From Octopus bimaculoides (lineage: Eukaryota): a DNA stretch of 33,897 nt. The DNA is taken from assembly GCF_001194135.2 (NCBI RefSeq), contig NC_068993.1, forward strand, positions 39,001,828 to 39,035,724, given 5' to 3'. Shown here one piece after another: positions 32,533 to 33,897 of the stretch. Each line of letters opens with the position of its first letter. Within the stretch, counting starts at the first letter, position 1. The position numbers were made by a program, and so were the translations under genes. Under the pieces are notes generated by a model that saw nothing but the letters and a program-made list of their open reading frames with translations, was not told the origin of the DNA and made no database searches.

Positions 32533-33681
32533 ATTTTGGGTTCGAATAAAAAAGATTGTACCGTTTTTTAAGTAATATTTAAATATAAAAAAAGATATTT
32601 ATACATACCTTCAATATCTTTCTTCAAACACAAATGTCGCATTTTATTCCACTACTTTTGGCCATCTTTGAGACAGCTTCATGATCTCATCCTTCCACAA
32701 CTTAGCATCTTTCTAGGTCATGCTGCGATGTAGCTGCAATTTGACGCACAAGATCTTATCTCCGGGTGCTCTGTAAGTGGTTTTAACAGTCTTTCACAGA
32801 GCTCAAGTCCTTCCCATAAAGATAACTTTGCAAGAATCGAAATAAACGATAATCCGAAGGAACGAGGTCAGATGAGTACAATGGGTGTGATTAGACATTG
32901 CAGCAATGCCTTACAAATTTCTGCCGGGTCGGCAAAGAAACATGAAATCTAGCGTTGTCCTTGAGAAAGAGGAAATCTTTCCGACTGATTAATTCGACAT
33001 TTTTCAACAATTGTTTTCTTTAATCGGTCTAGTTGGGAACAATAATAGTTTGAATTCAACATCTGGTTTCACGGAAGGATCTCATTATGCATAATATCCT
33101 AATTCCATGGGATACAGAGCATTATCTTCTGATATTGATCATCTTTAAGAGTGATTAAATGTGGTTCATTTCATTCTCCCCAAGTTCTTTTCCCTTCCAC
33201 ATTGTTGTAAACAATTAATTTTTCATCACCTGTAATCGTTCTTTTCAAAAATGGGCCACTTTTGCTGCTTTTGAGTAAAGAAATACAGATGGAAATGCGT
33301 TCCATTAAATGTTTTTCTATTAAATTATGAGTTGCTCAGACAATAGTGATTGATGAGTCCAAACGTTTTTAAATGCCCTTCAACGCTCATGTGAGATATG
33401 TGGAGTATTTCTGCGATGTCTCCTGTCGTGCGAACTGGATAATATTTGATAATCAATTTGATTTAGTCAGCATCAACAAGTGTAGGCATACTGGAATGTT
33501 CACTGCCTTCCAGATCAAATTTTTTACTCTTAAATCTGGTGAACCGTTTACGAACAGACTTTTCAGCTATGGCATAATCTTCATAACCTTCTCATGTCTT
33601 TTGTTGTTTGTACAGTGATTTTTTCTTTGTGGAAAATAAAACTTTTATCAAATGATGAAAATGTATTTTGTTGTCCTCCAT
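32533..33681 (-). pseudogene. Near full-length decayed mariner transposase (mellifera-like), CDS about 32611-33681, 3' TIR retained and 5' TIR lost
   Basis: MEDNKIHF...; PFLKRTITGDEKLIVYNN; DNARFH; YSSDLVPSDY; ...MKLSQRWPKVVE; multiple stops and frameshifts. Confidence 0.93.
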
Positions 33682-33858
33682 ATAAATATACATATTCAAT
33701 ATAAATATATATATACATATATATTTATATACAATATATAAGATATAATATATATATAGACATACGAAACATAATATATATAAGTATATATAATAAATAA
33801 TACATATATACATATATATACACACACACACACATATATATATATCCATCTATCTATC

Positions 33859-33897
<39 letters not shown>
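33682..33897. repeat. TA-rich microsatellite
   Basis: Direct reading. Confidence 0.9.

Overview
AT-rich, microsatellite-saturated animal genomic DNA from a short-read assembly. The N gaps are at 6621-7343, 13988-14222, 15513-16107, 18824-18833, 22081-22908, 24189-25131 and 30359-31167, most with a simple repeat on at least one edge. The SINE families and repeat density resemble an octopus (coleoid cephalopod) genome; this is inference from recalled repeat families, not a database result. Nearly all long ORFs in the supplied track are artefacts of (TA)n/(CA)n/(AAT)n repeats or N runs. The supported content is: at least four tRNA-derived SINE families (several with clear TSDs, two head-to-tail trains); two RTE-clade LINE fragments; a Penelope-like retroelement relic with an inverted terminal repeat and a decayed minimal hammerhead ribozyme; four mariner relics (one near full length, one internally deleted with both TIRs); MITE-like foldbacks; and a perfect 36-bp hairpin. 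The best host-gene evidence is two phase-compatible + strand exons (7676-7752, 8263-8366) encoding a C-terminus that resembles a GPI-anchor signal. Several minus-strand exon candidates are weaker and unresolved. No prokaryotic features or CRISPR arrays are present.
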